From NCBI GenBank assembly GCA_013265495.1, contig MU057936.1, forward strand, positions 136,016 through 200,015: a stretch of 64,000 nt of DNA, given 5' to 3'. The notes under the pieces are model-generated. The model searched no databases, had not been told where the DNA came from, and saw nothing but the letters and a program-made list of their open reading frames with translations. The DNA comes from Vicugna vicugna. Lineage: Eukaryota. Shown one piece after another: positions 23,919-37,179 of the stretch. Numbering within the stretch: the stretch's first letter is position 1; every line of letters begins with the position of its first letter. A program made the translations under genes and the position numbers.

Positions 23919-26459
23919 TGTTCTCACGTGTTCTCATTAGCTTTTGTATATTTACAACATCCACACTACTTTTTGAATTACTTTTACTTCAGTACTACAT
24001 CACTCAAATGATTTTAACATATAAAAATATATTTTTCAACAAATATGTTTTATATATGTATAGATGTATACATTTATATATGTGTGTATGTTTACCTATG
24101 GAATTATCAATTTTATTATGCTGTATTCCTTTGTGTAGATCAGTATTTCCATCTGAGATTATTTTCTTCAGAGAGAAGAAAAATGTACTGTAGCATGTGT
24201 CTTCTGGTGATGAAGTTTTTCCTCTCCGATATGCCTAAAACTTTTCTTATTTTGCCTTGGTTTTTTAGACATGTTTTCTCTGTATATAGAATTCTGGGGT
24301 GATAGGTTTATTTTTTTTCTTTCAGTACTTAAAACAGATGGCTCCATTGTTTTCTCACGTTTGTTGTTTTGCATGAGAAGTTTAATGTCACCCTGATTTT
24401 TGTTTGTACAAACTGTGTCTTTTTTTTTCCTCTGGCTGCTTTTAAGATGTTCTCTTCATCACTGTTTATGGGCAAAATGATTATAATGTGCCATCGTGTC
24501 ATTTTCTTATGTTTCCTGTGCTTGGGGTTTGTTGAACATCTTGAATATGGGTGTTTATAGTTTCCATCAAATTTGAGGTAAAAATTGCCATAATTTCGTC
24601 AGATATTCTGCTTTCTCTCTCCTCTTTTTCTGTAGATTCCAATTATTTATATCTGTGTGTATAGATACATGTAAATATATCCTGCTTGTCATTTTGTACC
24701 GCTCAGTGACACTATGCTCATTTAATGTTTTCCCCTCCATATTATATTTCAGATACTTTCTCTTGCTGAATCTTCAAGTAGAGTGATCTTTTCTTCTACA
24801 GTGTCTAATCTATTGTGACTGCCTTACAATATGTTTTTTTCACTTCTCACTTTGAAGTTTTCATCTTTAAAAGTTTGGTTTAGTTTGACCTTCTGTCTCT
24901 ACTTAATTTTTTGAACATTTGGAATATAGATATAAGAACTGTTGTAATGTTCTTTCCTGCTAAATCTAACATCTGTGTGAATTCTGAGTTGGTTATGATT
25001 GATTCATGTCTTAATTATGGAAAGCATGTTACTGCCTCTTGTACCGCAGTAATTTATCATTAGGTGTCAGAAGTTGTGAATTTTACTTAGGTGGGTGCTG
25101 GATAGTTTTATATTTTTATAAATGTTTTTAAGCTTTGTTCCTGGATGCTCTTAAGTGGCTTGGAAATGATCTGATCTTTTCCCATGCTTTTTAAGGTTTG
25201 ATAGGCAGAAACAGAGCAGTGTTCAGTCTATAGCGAATGATTCCCCACCACTGAGGTAAGACTCTCCCATGTATACTATCCAATGCCTGTGAATTTTGAG
25301 GCTTTCCAGTCTGATTGGCTAGAACAGCCACTCTTCAGGCCTGGTATGAGTGCCAGGCACTGTTATTTACAGTCTTTTCAGGTGGTTCCTTTCCTGGCCT
25401 CGGGTGACTTCCTCACAAGAGTAAGCTGCCCAATAATCAGCTGAACTTTCGGGGTGGAGAGGGTCTATGAAATTTCTGCATAAAACTCTCCCCTCCCACC
25501 TTGAGAACTCTACCTACCTTGTTCCCCAGTCTCTTAGCTTCATCTCTGAAATTTGGAGTGACCATTGGTTTCTGCCTGACGTTCCCTTCCCTGAACCACG
25601 GCCTAGAAGTTCAATAAGTAATCTGGGGCAATCACAGGGCTTACCGCATTTGCTTCGCATCTCTCAGGGATCATTCTCTCCTGCCTGACGTCCAGTGTCT
25701 TACAAAGTATTGGCTTGTATTTTCCCCACTCCCTTTTTTTTAAATTGTTTCAGAGGGTCAATCTGGTTCCTTTTTCTGTATCTTGGCCAGAAAAGGAATA
25801 TAACTTAATTTTTCTTGCTTTATCTGCATGAATTTGTGAAGCTGCCCTCTCAGAAGTCACCAGAGAATTCTTCACCATCAAATACCATATCATGTTCTAT
25901 CCCTGATCTCCATCATTCAGAATTGTGGATCATACCTACCTTATTGAAACTTAGATTCTTCCTTAAATGTCGTACCATTCTATTGTTAAAATTTTTGTCC
26001 TAATGTTCATAATATACATCCATTTTTAAATCCACAAAATGAAGACCTCACCTTACTACATTAGGTGTTTTCACGAATCTTATCCAGCATAGCTTTTCTT
26101 TTGTTATCACCCAAAGTTCTCCAATACACAAATTACCGATTAGAGGTCATTCCTCAAATCATGGCCTGACCATAGGTCTTTGTTTAAATCCACTTGGGCA
26201 TTTATTCTTGTATTCACGATCCAACTGTGAAGTTCCCGTTTTGTGCCACACAGTGTGCTGGATCCTCAAACTATTGCAATTAAAGATCCAATTCCTGTAT
26301 TTTCCCAGTAATGATGTTCCCCTTATGTCTTTCCCAGATGAAGTGAGCTTTTGCATATTAATTATTTCAAAAGTTTTATTCGCATTTCGTCTTCGAGGTA
26401 AACGTTTTCTGAGCAAGTATTGAGTGATGCAGCTTAAGACTGCAAATCAATGAAATGGA

Positions 26460-29130
26460 GGAATCTCCATACTGTTTTACAGAGTGGCTATCCAAATTTA
26501 CATTCCCACCAACAATGTACAAAGGTTCTGTTCTCTCCACATCTTAGACCATAGTTGTTATCTTTTGTCCTTTTGATACTAGCTATTCTTTTTTTTTATA
26601 TTGTTTATACAATTTTATTTTATTTTTTTAACATTTTTTATTGATTTATAATCATTTTACAATGTTATGTCAAATTCCAGTGTTCAGCGCAATTTTTCAG
26701 TCATTCAGTCATACACACTCATTGTCACATTTTTTTCTCTGTGAGTTATCATAACATTTTGTGTATATTTCCCTGTGCTATACAGTGTAATCTTGTTTAT
26801 CTATTCTACAATTTTGAAATCCCCGTCTATCCCTTCCCACCCTCCACCCCCCTGGCAACCACAAGTCTGTATTCTCTGTCTGTGAGTCTATTTCTGTCCT
26901 GTATTTATGCCTTGTTTTTGTTTGTNNNNNNNNNNNNNNNNNNNNNNNNNNNNNNNNNNNNNNNNNNNNNNNNNNNNNNNNNNNNNNNNNNNNNNNNNNN
27001 NNNNNNNNNNNNNNNNNNNNNNNNNNNNNNNNNNNNNNNNNNNNNNNNNNNNNNNNNNNNNNNNNNNNNNNNNNNNNNNNNNNNNNNNNNNNNNNNNNNN
27101 NNNNNNNNNNNNNNNNNNNNNNNNNNNNNNNNNNNNNNNNNNNNNNNNNNNNNNNNNNNNNNNNNNNNNNNNNNNNNNNNNNNNNNNNNNNNNNNNNNNN
27201 NNNNNNNNNNNNNNNNNNNNNNNNNNNNNNNNNNNNNNNNNNNNNNNNNNNNNNNNNNNNNNNNNNNNNNNNNNNNNNNNNNNNNNNNNNNNNNNNNNNN
27301 NNNNNNNNNNNNNNNNNNNNNNNNNNNNNNNNNNNNNNNNNNNNNNNNNNNNNNNNNNNNNNNNNNNNNNNNNNNNNNNTATGAGCTGCTTATATATTTT
27401 GGAGATCAAGCCTTTGTCGGTTTCACTTGCAAAAATTTTCTCCCATTCCGTAGGTTTTCTTCTTGTTTTATTTCTGGTTTCCTTTGCTGTGCAGAAGCTT
27501 GTAAGTTTCATTAGGTCCCATTTGTTTATTCTTGCTTTTATTTCTTCTAGGAGAAAATTTTTGAAATGTATGTCAGATAATGTTTTGCCTATGTTTTCCT
27601 CTAGGAGGTTTATTGTATCTTGTCTTATGTTTAAGTCTTTAATCCATTTTGAGTTGATTTTTGTATATGGTGTAAGGGAGTTTTCTAGCTTCATTGTTTT
27701 ACATGCTGCTGTCCAGTTTTCCCAACACCATTCGCTGAAGAGACTGTCTTTATTCCACTGTATCTTCTTGCCTCCTTTGTCGAAGACGAGTTGACCAAAA
27801 GTTTGTGGGTTCATTTCTGGGCTCTCTATTCTGTTCCATTGGTCTATATGTCTGTTTTGGTACCGATACTAGCTATTCTATATCATCGTGGTTTTGATTT
27901 GCATTTCCCTGATGATTAGTGAAGTTGATCACCTTTCATTCATTTTGGCTATTTCTATGTATTCTTTGTGGAAATTTTGGTCTTTTGCCTATTTTTTGAG
28001 GGTTTTTTGGAGGTGTTGAGTTGTATGAGTTATATATTTTGGGTTTTAAGCCTTATGAGATTAATAGTTTGAAAATATTTTCTCCAATTCCATGGGTTGC
28101 CTTCTCACTCTGTTGATTGTTCCCTTTGCTTTGCAGAAGCTTTTTCATTTAATGCGGTTTCACTTCTCTACCTTTGCTTTTTGTAGCCTGTGCTTTTGCT
28201 GACATATCCAAAAAATAATTGAAAATAATTGTCCAGGCCAACATTAAGAAGCTTTTTCCCTATGATTTTTTCTAGTAGTTTGACAGTTTCAAGTATAATG
28301 CTGAAGTCTTAATACATTTTGGTCTTTTATATGGTATGAGATAATTTGATTCTTCAGCATGTAGACATCCAGTTTTCCCAGCACCGTTTATTGAAGAGAG
28401 TATCTTTTCCCTGTTGAATGTTCTTGGCACCCTTGTCAAAGATCAATTGCCCATAAATGTATGGATTTATTTCTGGATTTCCTATTTTGTTCCTCTGGTC
28501 TATATGTCTGTTTTTATACCAATATCATACTATTTTGAGTACTGTACCCTTGCAGTGTATTTTGAAATCAGGAATTGTGATTCTTATTTCTCAGGATTCT
28601 TTTGGCTATTTGGGGTCTTAAATTTGTTAAGACTTGTTGTATGACCTCGTAGGTGAGCTATCCTGGAGAAGGCTGTATGTGCACTTGAGAAGAACATGTG
28701 TTCTACTCTTGGATAATAATTACTGTGTGTGTCTGTTCTATCAGTTTGGTCTATAGTGTTCTCGACTCAGCTGTTCCCTTCTTGATTTTCTGTCTGGATG
28801 TTCTATCCAGTATCATGAGTGGGATTTTGATGTCTCCTACTATTATTGTACTGCTGTCAATATCTGTCTTTAGATCTGTCGATATTTTTCCATCTTTATG
28901 TATGATTGACAAATAAAAATTTTATATATTGAAGGCATACACCATGAAGATCTGTCAATATATGCTTCATGTGCATAGGTGCTCTGAAGTTGGTTGTGTA
29001 TATATTTATAAATGTTATATCATCGTGGTGAATTGACCCTTTTATAATTATGCAATGTCCTTCTTTGTCTCCAGAGACACTTTTAGGCTTAAAGTCTGTT
29101 TTATCTGATACAAGTATAGTTACCCTTGCC
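26460..29130 (-). mobile_element. Older L1 fragment (host of a young nested L1; internal jump near 28620)
   Basis: ORF2 3' sequence resumes after the TSD at 27880; endonuclease-region sequence at 28620-29130. Confidence 0.82.
26590..27864 (-). mobile_element. Young 5'-truncated L1 with perfect 15-bp TSD (contains assembly gap 26926-27379)
   Basis: TSD GATACTAGCTATTCT at 26575-26589 and 27865-27879; poly(T); open ORF2 frame [33 protein letters not shown]...[17 protein letters not shown]. Confidence 0.95.
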
Positions 29131-30440
29131 AGGCTGGAGAGGATGAGTCAAGCTGGACCAAGCTAACTTGATAGCATCCCTATAGGGGCCCACCCTGTGG
29201 CCCCACCTTTTAAAACTGTGATGCTGCTCTTCCAGGACGAAGGACAGGAACTAGGTGCTCTGCTTGCTCCTGCTACACTCCACCTAGCACCAGCACGACA
29301 TGAAAAAAAAGCGGGTGCATAGAATTGACTACCTTTTTTTCTCAATAGCAACATGAACGTATATCCAATAAATACATATCCGTATCAGCCAACTCCCGTG
29401 GCAGCAACAAGTTGACATGAACAAAAGTTAATACATGAGTTTCATGTTAAGGAAGCTTTGGAAGCTGACACGCTTTTCTGGTTTTTTTCTGTTTCTGTTT
29501 TTAATGTTTTACTGATTTGTTGACCTGCACCTATCAATCCTTGCAACTTGTGTATGCCACAGAATCTAACAGCAGGAAGGACATGCAATGGCAAAAACAA
29601 ATTTAGAAGAAGGAAAAAGGACGTGATCAGAGGAGATATGAGTATGGATTTATCACAGTATTTTTAGTTAGCTATCAGTAGATCAGTACAAAATTGAGTT
29701 CCGGATCTGGTACTTGGGCATTGTCCTATGTAGGCCTTGCTTACTTAAATATCAGAGTTTCCAGCACTCCAAACAAGCTTGGGAGCCAAAAGATTCCTGG
29801 GAACAGCTTGAGTATAATGATAAGGGGTGCTTTTTGTCCTCCCTTTTTAAGCATATACATTTTAAAACTAATAGACAATCTAGAGCTGTTTCCTTAAACT
29901 TTGGGGGCCTTTTCTCGTGTATAAAATGAAGTGGTTGAAGCAGATTATCTGTCTTTGTGGACCAAGAGAATTAAAATCAGGAGGATTTTTTTCATAAGTA
30001 TCTGAAAAATCTGTGTATGAGAAGAATATTAAAGTATCATCTTAATGATCTCTAACCAGAAGCAATGAGCTTTATCCTTTCATTGAGAACAAGATGAATT
30101 TCCTCTACCTTGGAGATAAGCAGACTTTTTAGGAGCTTGGATCAATGCATTTAGAAAATAATTTACTCCTCTGTGTAAAAGAGTTGTTAGTTTCCAGCAA
30201 AGAGTGCAGCTGCCTCCCCAGATAGAAGCTTTTGGCCCCATTATCCCCCAGGATTAGTGCTCTGAGAAAAGAGTTGTTTGCTCTCCTTTTAAACAATCAC
30301 CTTAATGTTTCTTTCCAATTTTTTTGTTTTTCAATCCACTCAGTAATTGAATGAGGCACTCATTTATATGCAGTTCAGTTGTTGTTACCATCTTGCCTGC
30401 ATGAGTTTTAAATGTTCAAATAAATTAATGAAGCAGCACT

Positions 30441-31096
30441 TTTTTATTGACCTATAGTTGATTTACAGTGTTGTGTTAGTTTCAGGTGTACAGCAAAGTG
30501 ATTCATACACACACACACACACATATATATATACGTATATATATTATATATATATATATATGTATATATGTATATATATACTCTTCCAGTATAGGTGATT
30601 ACAAGCTATTGAATATGGCTCCCTGTGCTATACAATAGATCCTCGCTGTTCATTTATTTTATATATAGTAGTTTGTATATGTCAATCCCAAACCCCTAAT
30701 TTATCCCTCCCCCCTCTTTCCCCTTTGGTAACCATAAGTTTGTTTTCTATGTCTATGAGTCTATTTCTGGTTTGTAAATAAGTTCATTTGTATCGTTTTT
30801 TAGATTCCACATATAATTGATATCATATGATATTTGTCTTTGTCTAACTTACTTTGCTTAGTATAATAATCTCCAGGTCCATCCATGTTGCTGCAAATGG
30901 CATTATTTTATTGTTTTTTATGGCTGAGTAGTATTCCATTGTATAAATAAACCACAACTACTTTATCCAGTCATCTGTCAACGGGCATTTAGCTTGCTTC
31001 CCTGTCTTAGCTGTTGTAAATGGTGATGCTGTGAACAGTGGGGTACGCGTGTCTTTTGGAATTAGAGTCCTCTCCAAATATATGCCCAGGAGTGGG
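30441..31096 (-). mobile_element. L1 3' end with internal (CA)n(TA)n microsatellite (30506-30580)
   Basis: L1 3'UTR like the one at 7467; ATGAAGCAG on both sides; remnant IPLLGIYLERTLIPKDT. Confidence 0.9.
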
Positions 31097-32829
31097 ATGA
31101 AGCAGTTAGGGAAAAGTTTACATTGAGTGGTCCCTCCCTCTGAGAACATATATAGTATATTATGGACTGGCTGTAGTTGTTTTTCCCCTAGTCAATACCA
31201 AGAATGGCATGGGTTGGTGAACACCCTGATAGGCTGACAGCAAAAGTATTATACAGGCCTTAATATATGTTTTAATATTTATCACCTGTTGCTTACCTGT
31301 CACTGTTCCGTCCCAGCGTCTCTGTGATTCTTTCACTTACCCATGTAAATAGACTAATCACATTCAATGGAAAATTTGAGCAAGAAGCACTTTGAATTGT
31401 CACCAGTAGGATGGTAGCCTACGTATTAATGTTATGAAACTATCTTTAAAAGCCAAAAAAAAATCTAATTATTGTGAAAAAGCTAATAAATGTTTCTATT
31501 TCTAAATCTACTCCCAGGTTCCTGACCCCCTTCACCCCTCAACCTGGCAGCCCTGCCCAGATCTTGATTTCTTTAGAGGGTGAGGAAAGGTGGGGGCTAG
31601 AAGGAATCCTAACAGGTCCTGAGGAAGAAAAGCAATGAGTGCTCTTTCTAGTTTTGCCATTGGTATGCAGAGTGTGTGCATGTACACACACGGAAAAGTG
31701 CCAGGAGTCTTCACGTAGAGTCAGTCTTTGTCTAATTGTTTTCTAAAGGAACCCGTGTAGCTACATCCACAGGTTCACTTTTTTGTTTTCTGAAAGAAGA
31801 AAATGAATGGAATAGTATAATTGAGAGCTTACACTTTAGGTGTGAAAAGAATCAGTACTGATGGTGGTATTTGATTTGTTGGATGTGTTTGAAAACCTTT
31901 GGTGTTATTTCTGAGAACAGAGTTTAAATAAGAAGGCAGGTCATTTCATTTCATGATTATGGGATTTTTACATGAGTTTGGACATCTACATTAAGAGTCT
32001 CAGAACATTTTAAAAAGTAGGTTCATTGGCTCAGTCACATTGGGGAACGAATTAGTGACAATTCTAGTTGTCAACCATCGCCTGCAAAAGATGTTGATGT
32101 AAAGAGAGCAGAAATTGTAGAAGAGGAAAAAGGCTTAAGAAAGTACGCAATGACTGCAGAGGAGACAAAGATGTAGAAAGCTGGGGTATCGTGTGATGTC
32201 GGGATAATGCACATCATTGGACTTTCACTTTTGTGTTATGTTTGTTATATCACGTGTTCCTTGGTTAAGAAAGTCTTTGCACGTGATAACTTCTGACTCG
32301 GTGTGCCTTCTTTAGCCAGTTGCCAGCAGGCAAGTCTTTAAAGGAGCACTTGCACAAGTTAGTTACACTGGAGGACTTTCATCTCTTCGGTTTAGCCCAA
32401 GGCTCTTAATCTTGGAACCTCAGTGTAGCTGAGACCAGTGCATCGAAGGAGTATGTTACCTCAAGGTGAAAAGCAAAGTGCCGTTCATCCGTTGCTGTCG
32501 GCTGCCACTGCCCACCTTCTAGCTCTTAATGCCTCTGACCTATGCCAGAGCTCCTTATCTGGTCAACTTCCCTTTAATCCCTTTCTCACTCCTCCAGTAA
32601 ATCCTCCATACTGACTCTAGTTGTACGTCTTTGCAGAACCAAGATCCGTCATGGCATTCTTCCTTCGTTGGATTTCTGCACCGGGTGGTGGTTGGGGAAC
32701 CAACTTGTCAGCTGGGCATTTAAAACCTACCACAATCTTCTCTTGACCTGCCTTTTCAACTTTGTCTTCCTTACCCCCTGTGTTCTGTACAACACCATGC
32801 TGTTGTAGCTGCTGGTTCTGAATGCATCC

Positions 32830-33210
32830 CGCTCTCACCCACTTTCCGGGCCAAGCTCAAGCTTGCTTCTCAGCCTCGCCGCTAACCCCCATCCCTCGTC
32901 TGGCATATCTGACAGTGGACAGTCCTACCCGTCCTCCATGACCTTGTTCAAATAATTCTGTACAGAAACCTCCTAGATCTCTGCAGTTGGAAGTAATCTA
33001 CCTTTTTTGCTTGTATTCCCAGAACACTTTGCACCTTTTTCAGAAAACTCCTTAACAGCTGGCCTTTTCATCAGTTACTGCCACTGCCTCCCTCTCCTTA
33101 GATGGTGAGCGCCGTCAGGGCAAGGTCTGTGCCCCAGTCGCCATCATGTCCCCTACAGTACCTAGCACAGTGGGAATATGTGATGGGGATTCAGGAAACA
33201 TTTGGTGACA
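32830..33210 (+). mobile_element. L2 3' fragment
   Basis: 'tagatggtgagcgccgtcagggcaaggtctgtg...cagtacctagcacagtg' L2 3'-end pattern. Confidence 0.6.
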
Positions 33211-34249
33211 ACCTAAGATAAGATTACAGCAATACTATCATGCAAGTAAAATCCAGGAGGTAATATTGAACGTTTTGTTATTTTTAATAGTAACTTTATG
33301 TCTGGCATTCTTTGTAAGACTGTTTGGCAGTAGAGACCATGGTAGATAAACCATTTCTATCCCCTTTAAGATAATCATTATATGTATTTATGCTAAATCT
33401 TTATTAGAGGGGACAAAGTCAATTAAGAGTGGCACTTTAAACAGAATTTGGTGTCATCCAGGTGTAATAAAAATTCGCAGTTTGTGATTATTAAAAGTCA
33501 GTTCACCTACCATTGTTTGATGAATTTTTTTTAGCTCATTGGTCAAGAGTTCCTCCTTGTTTATTTTTAGCAACAAGGAAGGACTTTATTGGGTGGAGAC
33601 CCCTTGGATGTTGGGAACGTCCCCACTATGTGCCTCTATCGCTGCAGACTGATATGAAGACTTGAAGTGCTTTTGTTTTACAACTTAAATCTGTGATGTC
33701 CAAACCCTGACATTGTTTTTCTGCACTAAGTGAAGTAAGACTTGCCCTGAAACTCAAGATGTGACCCTAGCAATGAAGCGGGAGCCTTTAGAAGAGGCAA
33801 AAACCCATTCTCATTCTGCTGCCTGTGCGTCATGTTCATCAGATGTTCCCAAGTCTAAAAGGAGGGTGAGTGTAAGCTGATCCGCTGTGAAGCATAAAGT
33901 TAATACGAGTTGTTAGGAGATGTAACATGACAACGGGGGACTCTGGGCTCTTAGTACCTACTCAGTACCTTTCATGTGTCTTTTTGGGCGACCAGTCACG
34001 ATGCAGCCTCAGTCTGAGTTTCCTCTTGCTCCTTTTCATTCCTCCACTGGTTATACAGACCGTTAATGTTAGGTTCAGAGAAGTTCTAGATCAGTCACTT
34101 GTACTACTGAGTTAAACTAGCTGGAGATCGTGATCCTGTTGCTTTGCCTTGTAAATGATGGGTGACTGCGCCTGGGGCTGGTGGTTTTCAGTCTTCACAG
34201 TCTCAGGACGTCTTTATTCCGTGTTCCTTCCTTCGGTCTTCGTATGAGT

Positions 34250-35050
34250 CTCAAATGATGGTAAGGAGATGGCCAAGAGGAAGGGAAGCTGAAAGGGTTC
34301 AGGAGTGGGCGTTCCAAGCAGTAAGGAGCATAAACACAGGTGTCAGGGAGGAGCAGCAGCGCATGATTGGGAAACCGCAAGCCATGTGTGACTTCTGTAA
34401 GAGGGCAAGAAGCGGGAGGAGATGAGACCAGGCAGGTGGGGAAGGACACGGTGTCATACTGCGGCTCCTCACCTGGTACAGGGAGCCACTCCTGGGTGCC
34501 AGCCAGCAGTCATGCTGTTGGATTGACACTTCGATGCATCACTCCGGCAGCTGTGTTGGGAGTGAGTGTGAAAAGCACGATCCAGGAAGAAGGTAGTCAA
34601 ACTGGGCATGAGTGTGGAAGCCCAGGAAAGAGATGATAAGGGCCTAAAGGCAGGTTGTAGAAATGGGGAGGATGGGCTGAATTTGAATGCTGTTTTAGGG
34701 GAGGGGCTGAGCTGTTTGGCTGCTTCCGTGGGTCTAGGGCGGGAAAGCACAAATCCCCAGTTCCGGCCCGTGCGTGGTGAGACGGTGGTTGTTGGCAGCG
34801 GGGACCGACGATGCGGGAGGACTAGGGGCAGGTTGGTTCTTTCACTCAGCCGTGTTGATAGAAGGCCCTCCTCAAGGGTCGAGTAGCTGGAAGGTGGTGA
34901 ATGGGCTACAGGAGACGGTGAGTTTGAGGCGCCGGTGACTCAGCCACGTACACGTGTCTGACAGTGAGAAAGGGAGCTGTGGAGCTTGCGGGACAGATGT
35001 GGGCCAGAGAGGACAGAGCTGTGAGGCACCAGCTCACCAATGAAGTTGAA
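34250..35050 (-). mobile_element. Degraded L2 fragment
   Basis: Purine-rich L2-antisense pattern ('gagatgataagggcctaaag...gatgggctgaatttg'). Confidence 0.5.
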
Positions 35051-37179
35051 ACTGAGAGTGAATTTATCTCCCCAGGGAGCGCGTGGCAGATGGAGGGCAC
35101 TGGGCCTGGTAGAACTCTGGAAGATGCAAACATTAAAATGTTTATTTAGTTACTTTGATCCTTTAATCCACACAGAGTATGAGATATCTGAAGGATTCAG
35201 AAGGCATATGGAGAACCGTGAGCCTCTCTCTAGCCCTGTCCCCTGGCTGTGGTGCTCCCAGCTCTGGAGCCCAGCCACCACCTTTTCTGGCTTCTCATGT
35301 ACCCTTTCAAGGATATTCTCTACATATGCAGATATTTACACATACGTTTGTGGGTTTGGGGATTATTTCACACAGTGCCGTCTGGTGTCCACTCTGGTTG
35401 GGTTGCGGTCCTGGTGACATACCCACATGCAAACGTCCAGCAGTGAGAAATAAGAAACAGATCTTGGAGGCTTACAAGAAAGGTGTGGGCCCAAGGTATT
35501 AGATTTGTAAGTCATCAGCTCACAGGTGGTAGTTGGAACAGTGAGAGTGAATTACCTGCCCAGGGAGTGTTTATTCCCCTCTGGAAATGCAGCAGAGAGG
35601 GGAAGTGAGGAGCAAGCAATAGAAAGAAAAACAGGGAGAGAAAGGGTGTATAACCTCGAGGGAAGCGGTGAGGGGGCAGGGCATTATTGCTTTCAGGAAA
35701 ATAAGTTGTTAGAGGGAAAAAGAGAACACAAGTTGTGTTTTGTTCCAAACAGGTAAGGGGCTAGGGGATAAAGCATTGTGATAAAAAAGAGAGCATAATG
35801 TTTTTGGCAAATACGGAGGGACACCTCAAAGACACATTCCCTGCGTGCTCAGTTTGCTTAAGACTGACATTCAGGGAAGCCTCAGGAAGCCATGAAAATC
35901 AGAGGCATCTCAGCAGTACCCATTAAGAATACATGCTTTTGGTTTCTTCTGAAAACGCTCTAGCATCATTTTCCTCATGTTGAACGAACCAGCCTCATCA
36001 TGCCAGAAGCAGCACACGCCAGAAGCAGCAGAAGCAGGTTGTCGGCTGTGGCTTGCTGGCCTCTAGTGGCCAGGAAGGAAGCTCCCAGCTCCTGGCTCTG
36101 CTGGCTTCACTGTGACTTCAGTGGGGGGGTGGGGGATGGGGACGGGGTTGATTGCTGAGTGTCTTAGTTTCCAAACACGTGAAGGGCTTCTTGGAAATAT
36201 TAGAGATGATCTGTTTCTTTACCCAGATCACCATTTACCTGGATAAGAAACTTTCTTTGGGTCGAAAACAAATTGTGGAGGCAGCATTTAGGCCCAAGCT
36301 GAAGTCCATTGTTTGTAACATGTGGATAATGTTCTCGAGACAGTGCTTTCTGGTTTCTGTGATGAAAGGTGCAAAAAGCGATGGCAGGGAAGATACATTT
36401 GGAGCAATCTCTCAGGAGCCTGTGAGGAGGAAAATCAAGTGGAAGCAACATAACCCAGAGAAGTTTGTAAACTCTAGGGAAGTGTATACAGATTTTTAGG
36501 GGGAGAAAAATCAGTGGTCGTGTGACCTCTGTAATAGGTTCTTGGACAACATTTGCCCTAGAGTGTGTGGAAATAACAGTATATCCTGCATGCGTGTGGC
36601 TGAAATTACCGGTCAATAGGTAAAGCGCTCACTTGATCTTTTACTGTGCAGGACTCACACTTACTAAAGGTTTAATAAATGTAGCTATTATGATTATTTT
36701 TACCCTTGGTCTTGGCCAACAGGCTGAGAAGGGGCAGGATTATTTTTAGCTAGTGTCATTGTCTAGGAGATACAGTCCCATGCTCAGGTGTGTGACAAGA
36801 TGGACTTCAAAGCCCTTGCAAGCCTGAAATTCTGCATCCCATGGCTCCCTGAGCTGCTTTATTGCCTGCAAATTCATGAGCAGAGGTGGACAGCAGAAGA
36901 GACCAGAGACACATCCCTGCACCACACACTGGAGGGAAACTCCATTCTTTCCTTCTCAGAGACAGGCGCTGCGGTCCCTCCCAGTCCCACAGGGATGCTC
37001 TTGGAGAATGGCACAGAGGCTGCCTGTGACAGCAGCCTCCCTCCCAGGGCCGTGGGCCAAGAGTGCTTGCCAAGTGGAGGAAAGATTAGCACCAAACTGA
37101 AGTCAATCAGATATTAAGACTGCAGGATGACTGGGAAAACTAAAAGGGACTTAAGTAAATAAGTGATAGTAAAACCCGA

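Larger units (their letters stand above)
20625..25780 (-). mobile_element. Old, fragmented L1 (L1M-type) with nested SINE and MaLR
   Basis: T-rich antisense L1 sequence; remnant LDFIKWKN...KTMKRQAT (ORF2) and ORF1/5'-like segments after 23920. Confidence 0.8.
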
